DNA from: an uncultured virus (IMG/VR IMGVR_UViG_3300016467_000248)
Taxonomy: Duplodnaviria; Heunggongvirae; Uroviricota; Caudoviricetes
Direction: 5' to 3' (one strand)
IMG/VR virus record: IMGVR_UViG_3300016467_000248
Length of the DNA stretch: 20,000 nucleotides
Below are positions 1 through 7,138 of this stretch, one piece after another. A program made the translations under genes and the position numbers. Under the pieces are notes generated by a model. It did not search any database. It worked only from the letters and a program-made list of their open reading frames with translations, and was not told the DNA's origin. Positions within the stretch are counted from its first letter, which is position 1. Each line of letters starts with the position of its first letter.

Positions 1-261
1 TTCCACTATTGGTACCTGCGCCGCATTCAGGATGCGTCTAAACCGGGTTATCAGACGCTGGATATGCCTTTCCGTTTTGTCCCCGCAATCATTGCTGGGT
101 TGGCTTATCACATGGCGGTTAAGACTCCTGAGTCGTACGATCGCATTCCCATGTTGAAGCAGATGTACGATGAAGCGTGGGATCAAGCGTCTAGGGAAGA
201 CAGAGATAAAGCCCCGTTGCGGTTAGTCCCTCTAGCCGGATATCTGATGGGAGGCTGGTAG
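1..261 (+). CDS. Phage head-tail adaptor/connector protein, C-terminal part (5' truncated by window edge)
   Basis: Frame 1 is open from base 1 (FHYWYLRRIQDASKPGYQTLDMPFRFVPAIIAGLAYHMAVK...EDRDKAPLRLVP). The PFRF..AGLAY..A motif resembles P22 gp4-like adaptors as recalled. Position is ahead of the tail genes. Confidence 0.65.
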   Translation, partial: FHYWYLRRIQDASKPGYQTLDMPFRFVPAIIAGLAYHMAVKTPESYDRIPMLKQMYDEAWDQASREDRDKAPLRLVPLAGYLMGGW

Positions 262-644
262 TGGCTACGCGTTTTGCCTCCTACAAACGAGCTTTTGGAT
301 TTTGCGACCGTTGTGGACAGCGCTATGATCTTCGCCACCTGAAAAAATATTTTATCATGGGGAAGTTGATTAACTCCAAAGTATGCCCCGAATGCTGGGA
401 TCCAGACCACCCGCAGAATTGGGTCGGCATCATTGGTTCTCAAAAAGTCAGCAATGACCCGCAGGCCCTGCGTGAACCTCGCCCCGATACAAACCGCAAC
501 GCAAGCTGCAGTGATTTTGCTTTCAATCCAGTAGCGACCTTGGTGGTGTATACTGAGCTGAACAATGTGAATCCTTCTGGGTTTACTTCGGTCGTACCGA
601 CCTTTCGTCCTGTCCCGCCCGTCATGGGTCCTGTTGACTTTTGA
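261..644 (+). CDS. Phage protein with two CxxC motifs (putative Zn ribbon)
   Basis: 127 aa. GTG start overlaps the upstream TAG and is preceded by GGAGG. Contains CDRC and CPEC followed by WDPDHPQ and ALREPRPD. Confidence 0.75.
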   Translation: MATRFASYKRAFGFCDRCGQRYDLRHLKKYFIMGKLINSKVCPECWDPDHPQNWVGIIGSQKVSNDPQALREPRPDTNRNASCSDFAFNPVATLVVYTELNNVNPSGFTSVVPTFRPVPPVMGPVDF

Positions 645-652
645 GGTGCCAA

Positions 653-850
653 ATGAAGCACGAAGATATTGTTGAAGATAAGAAGATGATCAAGAAGGCT
701 GTCGGTATGCACGACAAGCAGCTTCACGGCGGTAAGAAGACTGACCTGAAAGGTCTGAAGAAGGGTGGACCTACCTCCCTTGATCGTAAGAAATACGGCA
801 AGAATCTGAGCCGCGCAATGAACCAGAAGAGCTCTGGTCGGGGGCGCTAA
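653..850 (+). CDS. Small Lys-rich phage protein (65 aa), possible internal head protein
   Basis: ATG at 653 follows GAGGT, so it is preferred to the TTG at 641. MKHEDIVEDKKMIKKAVGMHDKQLHGGKK...LKKGG. Stop overlaps the next ATG (TAATG). Confidence 0.75.
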   Translation: MKHEDIVEDKKMIKKAVGMHDKQLHGGKKTDLKGLKKGGPTSLDRKKYGKNLSRAMNQKSSGRGR

Positions 851-1011
851 TGGCCAAAATCGAAAACAAACCCGCTTCGGCATATAACAAGCAAGGGCTT
901 AATCCTAATAGCTCTGGCTACCCAAACAATATCGCATCGACGCAGACTGTCAAGGTCCGTGGTACAGGCGCACAGACCAAAGCCACGAAGTGCAGCACTA
1001 AGCTGGGCTAA
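850..1011 (+). CDS. Small basic phage protein (53 aa), not in ORF track
   Basis: Manually translated: MAKIENKPASAYNKQGLNPNSSGYPNNIASTQTVKVRGTGAQTKATKCSTKLG. Starts in a TAATG overlap and exactly fills the gap to the 1014 gene. RGTGAxTK-type motif recalled from small proteins of related phages. Confidence 0.75.
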   Translation: MAKIENKPASAYNKQGLNPNSSGYPNNIASTQTVKVRGTGAQTKATKCSTKLG

Positions 1012-1013
1012 AT

Positions 1014-1670
1014 ATGACGAGCTACGACATTACTACTTACGCGGGTCTCAGCGCCGCAATCCAAGCCTTCACTGAAAGTGACGAGCCCACGTTTGTCGCG
1101 AACATTCCTACGTTCATTCAAAACACGGAGCGGTTGGTTAACAACACGGTGCAGCTTCCCGCGTTTCGTAAGAATGTCACAGGCACGAGTACGGCTAACT
1201 TTCCCTATCTGACGCTGCCTACGGATTTCTTGTCCATGTACTCGGTAGCGGTTGTGGGAAGCGCAACGGCGGGTTATTCCTATCTGCTTAACAAGGATGT
1301 GAACTACATTCGCGAAGCGTACCCGTTTCCGGGAGTAGTCGGGGAACCTGTTTGCTACGCTTTGTTCGATGCTAATACGTTCATGCTGGGGCCAACCCCG
1401 AATCAGTCCTATACGATCGAGCTGCACTATTTCGCATATCCATCATCTATTGTGACAGCGGGAACAACTTGGCTGAGTACGAATTACCCGAACGTGCTTT
1501 TGTACGGTGCATTGACTGAGGCTTATCTCTATCTTAAGGGTGAGCAAGATTTGATGCAGACCTATCAGGCGAAGTTCGATCAGGCAATGGCTCCGTTGAA
1601 ACAGCTCGGTGATGGCAAGGACCGCCAAGACAATTACCGTACAACTCAGGTTAGAGATAAGGTGGTCTAA
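1014..1670 (+). CDS. Phage adaptor / tail tubular protein A-like
   Basis: 218 aa. Helical N-terminus (TYAGLSAAI...IPTFIQNTE), LPTDFL, G.P..YA, LGPTP...Y.IELHY, and WLS.NYP.VLLYGAL.EAY.YLKG, consistent with a podovirus adaptor. Confidence 0.7.
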   Translation: MTSYDITTYAGLSAAIQAFTESDEPTFVANIPTFIQNTERLVNNTVQLPAFRKNVTGTSTANFPYLTLPTDFLSMYSVAVVGSATAGYSYLLNKDVNYIREAYPFPGVVGEPVCYALFDANTFMLGPTPNQSYTIELHYFAYPSSIVTAGTTWLSTNYPNVLLYGALTEAYLYLKGEQDLMQTYQAKFDQAMAPLKQLGDGKDRQDNYRTTQVRDKVV

Positions 1671-2098
1671 TGGCTGTTACCCAAGCACTCACCACCAGTT
1701 TCAAAGCCGAAATCCTGCAGGCGGTGCATAACCTAGCTGCTAACGGTGACACGTTTAAGATCGCGCTGTATAGCTCTTCCGCCAACATCAGCTCCTCGAC
1801 AGCGTTCTATACTACGGATGGTGAAATCTCTGGTGGCAGCTACGTCACCGGGGGTAAGGCGCTTACTAATCTAGGTGTGTCATCTTCGGGGACTGTCGCT
1901 TACACAAGTTGGGACAACGCGGTCTGGGCAAACGCTGGGTTCTCTGCAGCAGGCGCTTTGATTTACAATGCGTCAAAAGGAAATAAGTCCGTTGCGGTAT
2001 TGAACTTTGGCGGCACCTATACTTGGGATAGTACGGCTACGGCAACCATCACTTTCCCGGCAAACAATAGCACCACGGCTGTGGTCATCATTAACTGA
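1670..2098 (+). CDS. Phage tail/fibre-associated structural protein
   Basis: 142 aa, Ser/Thr/Ala/Gly rich. SFK.E.L...HN, FKIALY, AAGALIYN and VAVLNFGG motifs. TAATG coupling to the upstream gene. Confidence 0.65.
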   Translation: MAVTQALTTSFKAEILQAVHNLAANGDTFKIALYSSSANISSSTAFYTTDGEISGGSYVTGGKALTNLGVSSSGTVAYTSWDNAVWANAGFSAAGALIYNASKGNKSVAVLNFGGTYTWDSTATATITFPANNSTTAVVIIN

Positions 2099-2108
2099 TG
2101 AGGCTCAA

Positions 2109-2720
2109 ATGAGTAACGAACTTTCCAATTTTGGCGACCACGCTGAAGTCTTTATGCAGGCAAATACCGCTCCTTCTGAAGTTCTTGGTGTGCATGGGCA
2201 TTACCACGTTGAATGCCGTGATAAGGACGGTAACCTGAAATGGACGGATGGGTTCCCTAATCTTGTTGTTGCCGCGGGTAAAGAACTCCTTCTAAATACG
2301 TTGCTTCGCACCTCGGGAACGTATACCACGGTAGGTCCGTTTTTGGGTTTGACTAAGGTCAGCCTAACCCCGGCGGCAACAGATACCATGACCACGCTGG
2401 TTACGACCAATGCGGCTGAGTTCACCAACTACACGGTGGGCGGTTCCGCAGTTCGTGGTACGGCTTCTTTCTCAGCGGCGACATCTACGGGCTCAACGCC
2501 TTCTAACGTAACGACTTGCGCGGCTACGTCCATTACTTACACCATCACAGGTGCAGGCGGTACGGTCTACGGATGCTTTTTGGTCACGGGTACAGGCGCG
2601 GTGAATACTCAGAGCTCTACAGCGGGTACTCTCTATTCCGAAGGCAACTTCACCACGGCTAAGACTGTAACGGCTGGAGATACTGTAGCAGTCACTTACA
2701 GCACCACGGCGACTTCTTGA
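2109..2720 (+). CDS. Phage structural protein (tail-associated, 203 aa)
   Basis: ATG at 2109 follows GAGG. The track start at 2007 would overlap the previous gene by about 90 nt. G.Y.VEC.DKDG.LKW...NLVV..G N-terminal motif and Thr-rich beta composition. Confidence 0.65.
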   Translation: MSNELSNFGDHAEVFMQANTAPSEVLGVHGHYHVECRDKDGNLKWTDGFPNLVVAAGKELLLNTLLRTSGTYTTVGPFLGLTKVSLTPAATDTMTTLVTTNAAEFTNYTVGGSAVRGTASFSAATSTGSTPSNVTTCAATSITYTITGAGGTVYGCFLVTGTGAVNTQSSTAGTLYSEGNFTTAKTVTAGDTVAVTYSTTATS

Positions 2721-2732
2721 TAGGAGAGCCTC

Positions 2733-4754
2733 ATGGCTTTGGTTGTTGCGGATCGTGTTCAGGAGACCACGACTACTAGCGGTACGGGTACATTCAGTCT
2801 CGCTGGCGCTGTAGCTGGATTCAAGACGTTCGTATCTGGCATTGGTACGACAAATACGACGTACTACGCGGCTTATGACCAGACCGCTCAGGTTTGGGAA
2901 GTCGGGCTAGGCACAGTTACGTCTGGGTCTCCAAATACGCTTTCTCGTGACACAGTTCTATCCAACTCTTCGGGCACAACGGCTAAGATCAGCTTCGCTG
3001 GTAACACGACGTACGTTTGGTGCGACTACCCCGCAGGTAAAGTTGTTATTAAGGACGCATCTGGATTCGTTGGTATCAACGCTACTCCAGTGGTTCAATT
3101 TCAAATCGGTTCTGGTCAAGAGGTTCTTGATGTAGCGGGCGCGTTCAACACATCAAAATTTAACTCGCAGGGGACAGCGTGGAGCTCAGCTTCAGCCCTG
3201 CCGTCTATTGTCTTTAATGCCTCCGCAACGGATCGCCCTGAAGTTTCATGGATTAGAGGAGCACGGTCATACCCTGAATTTTCAATCAGACAGCATACAA
3301 CTTTAGATTCTGGAGGGCAGTTTTGGGCTGGTGCAGGAACAGCAGCGCCATCTTTAGTGTACAGTGTCACAAGCTCAAGCCAAACATGGGCTGTATCAGG
3401 CTCAGATGTCATGTATCTAGCGGGTACATCATTAGGAATTGGGTCTTCTCCAGCAGTAGACAGGGGAATACAAACCTCAAGAAGCGCAAGTGGCGCGACT
3501 ACGTGTTATGGAATTGTTTCGGGAGAAGCAGTTCAATCCGGTGTTACTTCTGGGTATAGCGGGTTTCTTTCTGCGCCAGCAACCGCCGCGGCGGCGTTTA
3601 CGCTATCAAATCTGCGTCATTTTTATGCGAATGGAGTGACAGTCGGAGCAGGCTCTGCCATTGCAAATCAATACGGGTTTTTTGTAGAAAGCAATCTCAC
3701 CGGAGCCACAAGCAACTACGGCTTCTACAGCAACATAGCATCGGGCACAGGCCGCTATAACTTCTACGCGAACGGATCTGCGGATAATTATTTTGCTGGG
3801 AACGTCGGGATCGGCACTACGGCGGCGGAAGGCAACCTCCACGTTCTTTCAACTTCTGCTGGAACTGTAACAGCAAGCATCAACGGCAACCTTGGTGTAT
3901 TTGAGTCTGGCTTATCTAACGGCCTAAGTATCCTCGTTCCAGATGCTTCTACATCAATCATCATGTTTGGTTCCCCTTCGAGCAATCGAGGGGCAGAAGT
4001 AAACTGGAGGTACAGCACAACCACAATGCAGGTTGGGACCAGAACGGCGGGTGGCATTCTTCAGTTGATGTCTGGAAATGCGACTGTCGGCGTAACTCTC
4101 GATGCTTCCGGTGGTTTTGGAGTAGGTACGGCTTCGCCTAGCGGTATAGTAGGTATAGTTGGCGCTGCTAGTGACACGTGGGCAACAAGCGGCAGTGGAG
4201 GGCTTGTACTAAATGGGTCTAATGCTGGTAACGCGGTATCAACGATAACTACTTATCTTGATACATCTTCAATACGCATTGGGTCCGGGCTCACCCAAAA
4301 AACTGGGATACTTATCAATGGATCGACATCCGCAGCAGGCTCTACTGTTCAGGTAAGCACCGGAGGCTCAGCCAGAACAACGGTGGACGCCATAGGCAAC
4401 CTACAAGTCTTAGGCGGTCTGGTCATGCCGGGACAGGGCGCTCCAACTTCAAAGAATGCAAATGCCACTTTGACTGGCGCGGAACTAATTACAGGTCTTT
4501 TAACAGCAACAGGGGCTGGCCCCACAACAGTAAGTTTCCCTACGGCGGCAAATATAGAAGCAGCACTTACATGGGGATCAACAAACACATGTATAGATTT
4601 TTATGTAATCAACACTTCTGGTGGTGCTGTAACTATGAATGCCAACGGCAATACTCAGGTAGGAGGAACATTTTCTGTAGCAGTAGGAACTTCAGCGCAA
4701 TTTAGAGTCCGTAGAACGGCAGCTAGTACGTTTACGATTTATAGGCTTGGTTAA
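2733..4754 (+). CDS. Tail fibre / receptor-binding protein (673 aa)
   Basis: AGGAG at 2722-2726. N-terminal ADRVQETTTTSGTG...WEVGLGT...LSR anchor-like domain, repeated GxVGIG fibre motifs, Gly/Ser/Thr rich. Confidence 0.8.
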   Translation: MALVVADRVQETTTTSGTGTFSLAGAVAGFKTFVSGIGTTNTTYYAAYDQTAQVWEVGLGTVTSGSPNTLSRDTVLSNSSGTTAKISFAGNTTYVWCDYPAGKVVIKDASGFVGINATPVVQFQIGSGQEVLDVAGAFNTSKFNSQGTAWSSASALPSIVFNASATDRPEVSWIRGARSYPEFSIRQHTTLDSGGQFWAGAGTAAPSLVYSVTSSSQTWAVSGSDVMYLAGTSLGIGSSPAVDRGIQTSRSASGATTCYGIVSGEAVQSGVTSGYSGFLSAPATAAAAFTLSNLRHFYANGVTVGAGSAIANQYGFFVESNLTGATSNYGFYSNIASGTGRYNFYANGSADNYFAGNVGIGTTAAEGNLHVLSTSAGTVTASINGNLGVFESGLSNGLSILVPDASTSIIMFGSPSSNRGAEVNWRYSTTTMQVGTRTAGGILQLMSGNATVGVTLDASGGFGVGTASPSGIVGIVGAASDTWATSGSGGLVLNGSNAGNAVSTITTYLDTSSIRIGSGLTQKTGILINGSTSAAGSTVQVSTGGSARTTVDAIGNLQVLGGLVMPGQGAPTSKNANATLTGAELITGLLTATGAGPTTVSFPTAANIEAALTWGSTNTCIDFYVINTSGGAVTMNANGNTQVGGTFSVAVGTSAQFRVRRTAASTFTIYRLG

Positions 4755-4755
4755 T

Positions 4756-5097
4756 ATGGCAATTACATATACTTGGAAAATAACTCGACTCGAAGTCGTG
4801 GATCAAGGTGATCTAAAAGACGTAGCTGTTCAGGCTTGCTTTGATGTTCACGGTGAAGATGAGGAAGGGCACAAAGGTTTTGCGCAGAGCGATGTGAAGC
4901 TGCTTCCTACTGATCCGGCAAATTTTACCGATATTCAAAATGTTTCGCATGAGCAAGCGATAGCTTGGACTAAAACAGCACTGCCTAATAATGGCGCGGA
5001 TTTTGAAGCTCGTGTTGCTGAACAGATTGGTTGGCAAAAGCAACCTAAGCCCCGAGCTGTAGAGCTTTCTTGGATGAAGAATGAGAGTGAACAATGA
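4756..5097 (+). CDS. Fibre-associated small protein (possible assembly chaperone, 113 aa)
   Basis: ATG at 4756, 1 nt after the fibre stop. MAITYTWKI...F.DI..VS.EQAIAW...LSW resembles proteins that commonly follow phage fibres (recall). Confidence 0.6.
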   Translation: MAITYTWKITRLEVVDQGDLKDVAVQACFDVHGEDEEGHKGFAQSDVKLLPTDPANFTDIQNVSHEQAIAWTKTALPNNGADFEARVAEQIGWQKQPKPRAVELSWMKNESEQ

Positions 5098-5249
5098 ACG
5101 AAGTTAATCTGACTCTTTCCGCGATGGAAGTAAACGCCATTCTTTCGGTGCTTGGAGACCTCCCGGCTAAGACAGGTGTATGGCCTCTCATCGTAAAGAT
5201 TAAGCAGCAAGCGGACGCGCAAAACCCGCCTGAGCCTCCTGTTGCCTAG
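5094..5249 (+). CDS. Small fibre-associated protein (51 aa), not in ORF track
   Basis: ATGA overlap with the previous stop. MNEVNLTLSAMEVNAILSVLGDLPAKTGVWPLIVKIKQQADAQNPPEPPVA. Fills the gap up to 5252. Confidence 0.75.
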   Translation: MNEVNLTLSAMEVNAILSVLGDLPAKTGVWPLIVKIKQQADAQNPPEPPVA

Positions 5250-5251
5250 AG

Positions 5252-6160
5252 ATGTTTGGTAACTACGCTTTCTCGCGGAGGCCCTTTGCTGGACAGAGCG
5301 CAGAGATTCTTGCGCTCACCGCGACTGAGAACGTTACCGTTGCTGACACAAGCTCTCAGACTTCCGCGTTTCTTCAATCACGTACAGAGAACATTACTCT
5401 AGCCGACACAAGCTCTCAGACTTCCGCGTTTCTGCAATCTTTAGCTGAAGGGATTACACTTGCTGATGTCATCACACCGGGGGTGGTATTTACTGTAAGC
5501 CTGACTGAAGATTTTACATCTGCGGATACAAGCTCTCAGGTCTTTGCATTCCTTCAATCACGCGCAGAAAATATCGCTGTCGCTGACTCTAATACCCAGA
5601 CATCGACGTTCTTATTTACGCAAGCTGAAAACATAGATCTTGCGGACGCAATCAACGGGTCCGCGGCTTTTTCTGCTACGCAGGTTGAAGGGTTTACTCT
5701 TGATACTGCTCTGGCTATCGCCGTCCAGTTCACCGCATCTGCTACGGAGAACATGTCATTAGCTGATGTCATCACTATTGGTATCGCGTACTCGTTTACG
5801 GTTACGGAACCGTTTACCTCATCTGAATCAGCGACAATAATTCGGGGTTTTATATTTAGCGCCACAGAGTCCATAACTGTCGCCGATGCCGCTGCTACTG
5901 TATCGCAGTTTCTTTTTGCTCCTATTGAAAGCATCACGGTAGACGCGCAGTACAAAACGCTGTACTGGTTGAAAGTGCCGGATACTCAGGACGCGAATTG
6001 GGGCCCGATTAATGACACGCAAGTGCCTAGCTGGATAACGGTAAATGACGGACAAACTCCTAATTGGGGGCCTATCAGCCATACGCAAACGGCGAACTGG
6101 AATACAATTGACGACAACCAAACCCCAGACTGGGTACCTGTAGAGGACGAACAACCATGA
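5252..6160 (+). CDS. Repeat-rich phage structural protein (302 aa)
   Basis: MFG...FS..PFA N-terminus, about 10.5 tandem 20-aa units (xE.I...AD), then six 11-aa W-x4-D-x-Q units. Confidence 0.7.
   Translation: MFGNYAFSRRPFAGQSAEILALTATENVTVADTSSQTSAFLQSRTENITLADTSSQTSAFLQSLAEGITLADVITPGVVFTVSLTEDFTSADTSSQVFAFLQSRAENIAVADSNTQTSTFLFTQAENIDLADAINGSAAFSATQVEGFTLDTALAIAVQFTASATENMSLADVITIGIAYSFTVTEPFTSSESATIIRGFIFSATESITVADAAATVSQFLFAPIESITVDAQYKTLYWLKVPDTQDANWGPINDTQVPSWITVNDGQTPNWGPISHTQTANWNTIDDNQTPDWVPVEDEQP
5324..5947 (+). repeat. Coding tandem repeat, 60-bp (20-aa) period
   Basis: Unit starts fall at 5324+60n up to 5924. GACACAAGCTCTCAGACTTCCGCGTTTCT is identical at 5345 and 5405, with a diverged copy near 5525. 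Confidence 0.9.
5966..6157 (+). repeat. Coding tandem repeat, 33-bp (11-aa) Trp-initiated units x6
   Basis: WLKVPDTQDAN/WGPINDTQVPS/WITVNDGQTPN/WGPISHTQTAN/WNTIDDNQTPD/WVPVEDEQP. Confidence 0.85.
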
Positions 6161-6531
6161 GCTTTATTCTCAGTCAGAAGTCATTACGCCGTCTTGAAGG
6201 TGTCAATCCTGCATTAGTGCAGGTAGTCAAACGGGCCATACAGATCACGCCTATCGACTTCATCGTCGTGGAGGGTCTCCGTACCAAGGAGCGCCAAGCC
6301 TATCTCTTTGAGAAAGGTGCAACCAAGACCATGAACTCAAGGCATCTGACTGGGGATGCAGTCGATCTGGCCCCCATCGTAAATAACAAAGTCTCATGGG
6401 ACTGGAAGGATTTCTACCCTCTGGCTGAAGCTGTGAAGAAGGCTGCTAAAGAAGTCAAGGTTGAGGTAGAATGGGGCGGCGACTGGGAGTCTTTTAAAGA
6501 CGGACCGCATTGGCAGTTACCTAGAAAATAG
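6157..6531 (+). CDS. Endolysin, M15 family Zn peptidase (L-alanyl-D-glutamate peptidase type)
   Basis: EGLRT..RQ, SRHLTGDAVDL (S-x-H-x6-D) and WGGDW...DGPHWQL motifs of T5-lysin-like M15 peptidases. Confidence 0.93.
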   Translation: MSFILSQKSLRRLEGVNPALVQVVKRAIQITPIDFIVVEGLRTKERQAYLFEKGATKTMNSRHLTGDAVDLAPIVNNKVSWDWKDFYPLAEAVKKAAKEVKVEVEWGGDWESFKDGPHWQLPRK

Positions 6532-6541
6532 GAGAAACAAC

Positions 6542-6718
6542 ATGCTCAAGAATTTTGGTATTGCATTAAACGAAGCCTCTACATGGCGTGGCATTGTTTA
6601 CCTCTTGACCGCAGTAGGTATTCAGATCAGCCCGGAGCTTCAAGGTGCTATTGTTACAGCAGGACTGTCCGTAGCTGCAGCAATCGGTATTTTCGTGAAA
6701 GATTCTAAAGCCGAGTAG
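6542..6718 (+). CDS. Putative holin (58 aa, two hydrophobic helices), not in ORF track
   Basis: AGGAG at 6530-6534. MLKNFGIALNEASTWRGIVYLLTAVGIQISPELQGAIVTAGLSVAAAIGIFVKDSKAE has two predicted TM segments and a charged C-tail, and lies next to the endolysin. Confidence 0.75.
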   Translation: MLKNFGIALNEASTWRGIVYLLTAVGIQISPELQGAIVTAGLSVAAAIGIFVKDSKAE

Positions 6719-6726
6719 GATAGCAA

Positions 6727-7137
6727 ATGCCAAGTACCTACAGCCCTAACCTCCGAATCACCCTGCAAGCCTCTGGTGAAAACGCCAACACGTGGGGCGA
6801 CATCACTAATACCAATTTAGGTACGCTGATTGAGCAAGCTATTGCTGGTTATCAGGCGATTAGTGTGGCGGCTGGGGATGTGACTCTTACCGCTTTGGAT
6901 GGTCTATCCGATCAGTCCCGTAATGCTATTCTTCAGTTTACTGGAACTCCGGGCGTTGCGCGAAGCGTTTACTGCCCAGCAGGGGTTACCAAAATTTATG
7001 TTCTGTACAACACATGTGGATCGAACGTGGCTCTGTATTGTGGGACTTCTGGCTCACATGGCGCAGGCGTTACGGTGCCTACAGGTACAGCGTATCAAGT
7101 TTTTTGCGATGGCACGAATATCGTTCGAGTAAGCTAA
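6727..7137 (+). CDS. Short tail fibre-anchor-like structural protein (136 aa)
   Basis: MPSTYS..L...ASGEN..TWG..TNTNL..LIEQAIAG resembles N-termini of phage fibres (recall). Ends in VFCDGTNI. Confidence 0.65.
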   Translation: MPSTYSPNLRITLQASGENANTWGDITNTNLGTLIEQAIAGYQAISVAAGDVTLTALDGLSDQSRNAILQFTGTPGVARSVYCPAGVTKIYVLYNTCGSNVALYCGTSGSHGAGVTVPTGTAYQVFCDGTNIVRVS

Positions 7138-7138
7138 G

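Noticed and set aside
2007..2108. Extended N-termini in the track (2007; likewise 641, 4747, 10208)
   Set aside because: They overlap upstream genes. Downstream ATGs at 653, 2109 and 10241 have SD motifs, and 4756 directly follows the upstream stop.
2733..4754. Diversity-generating retroelement target in the tail fibre
   Set aside because: No reverse transcriptase and no template/variable repeat pair differing at adenines was seen in the window.
5341..5560. About 29-bp direct repeats at 60-bp spacing resembling a CRISPR array
   Set aside because: They are in-frame coding repeats, the 'spacers' are similar to each other, copies diverge at codon third positions, and no cas genes are present.
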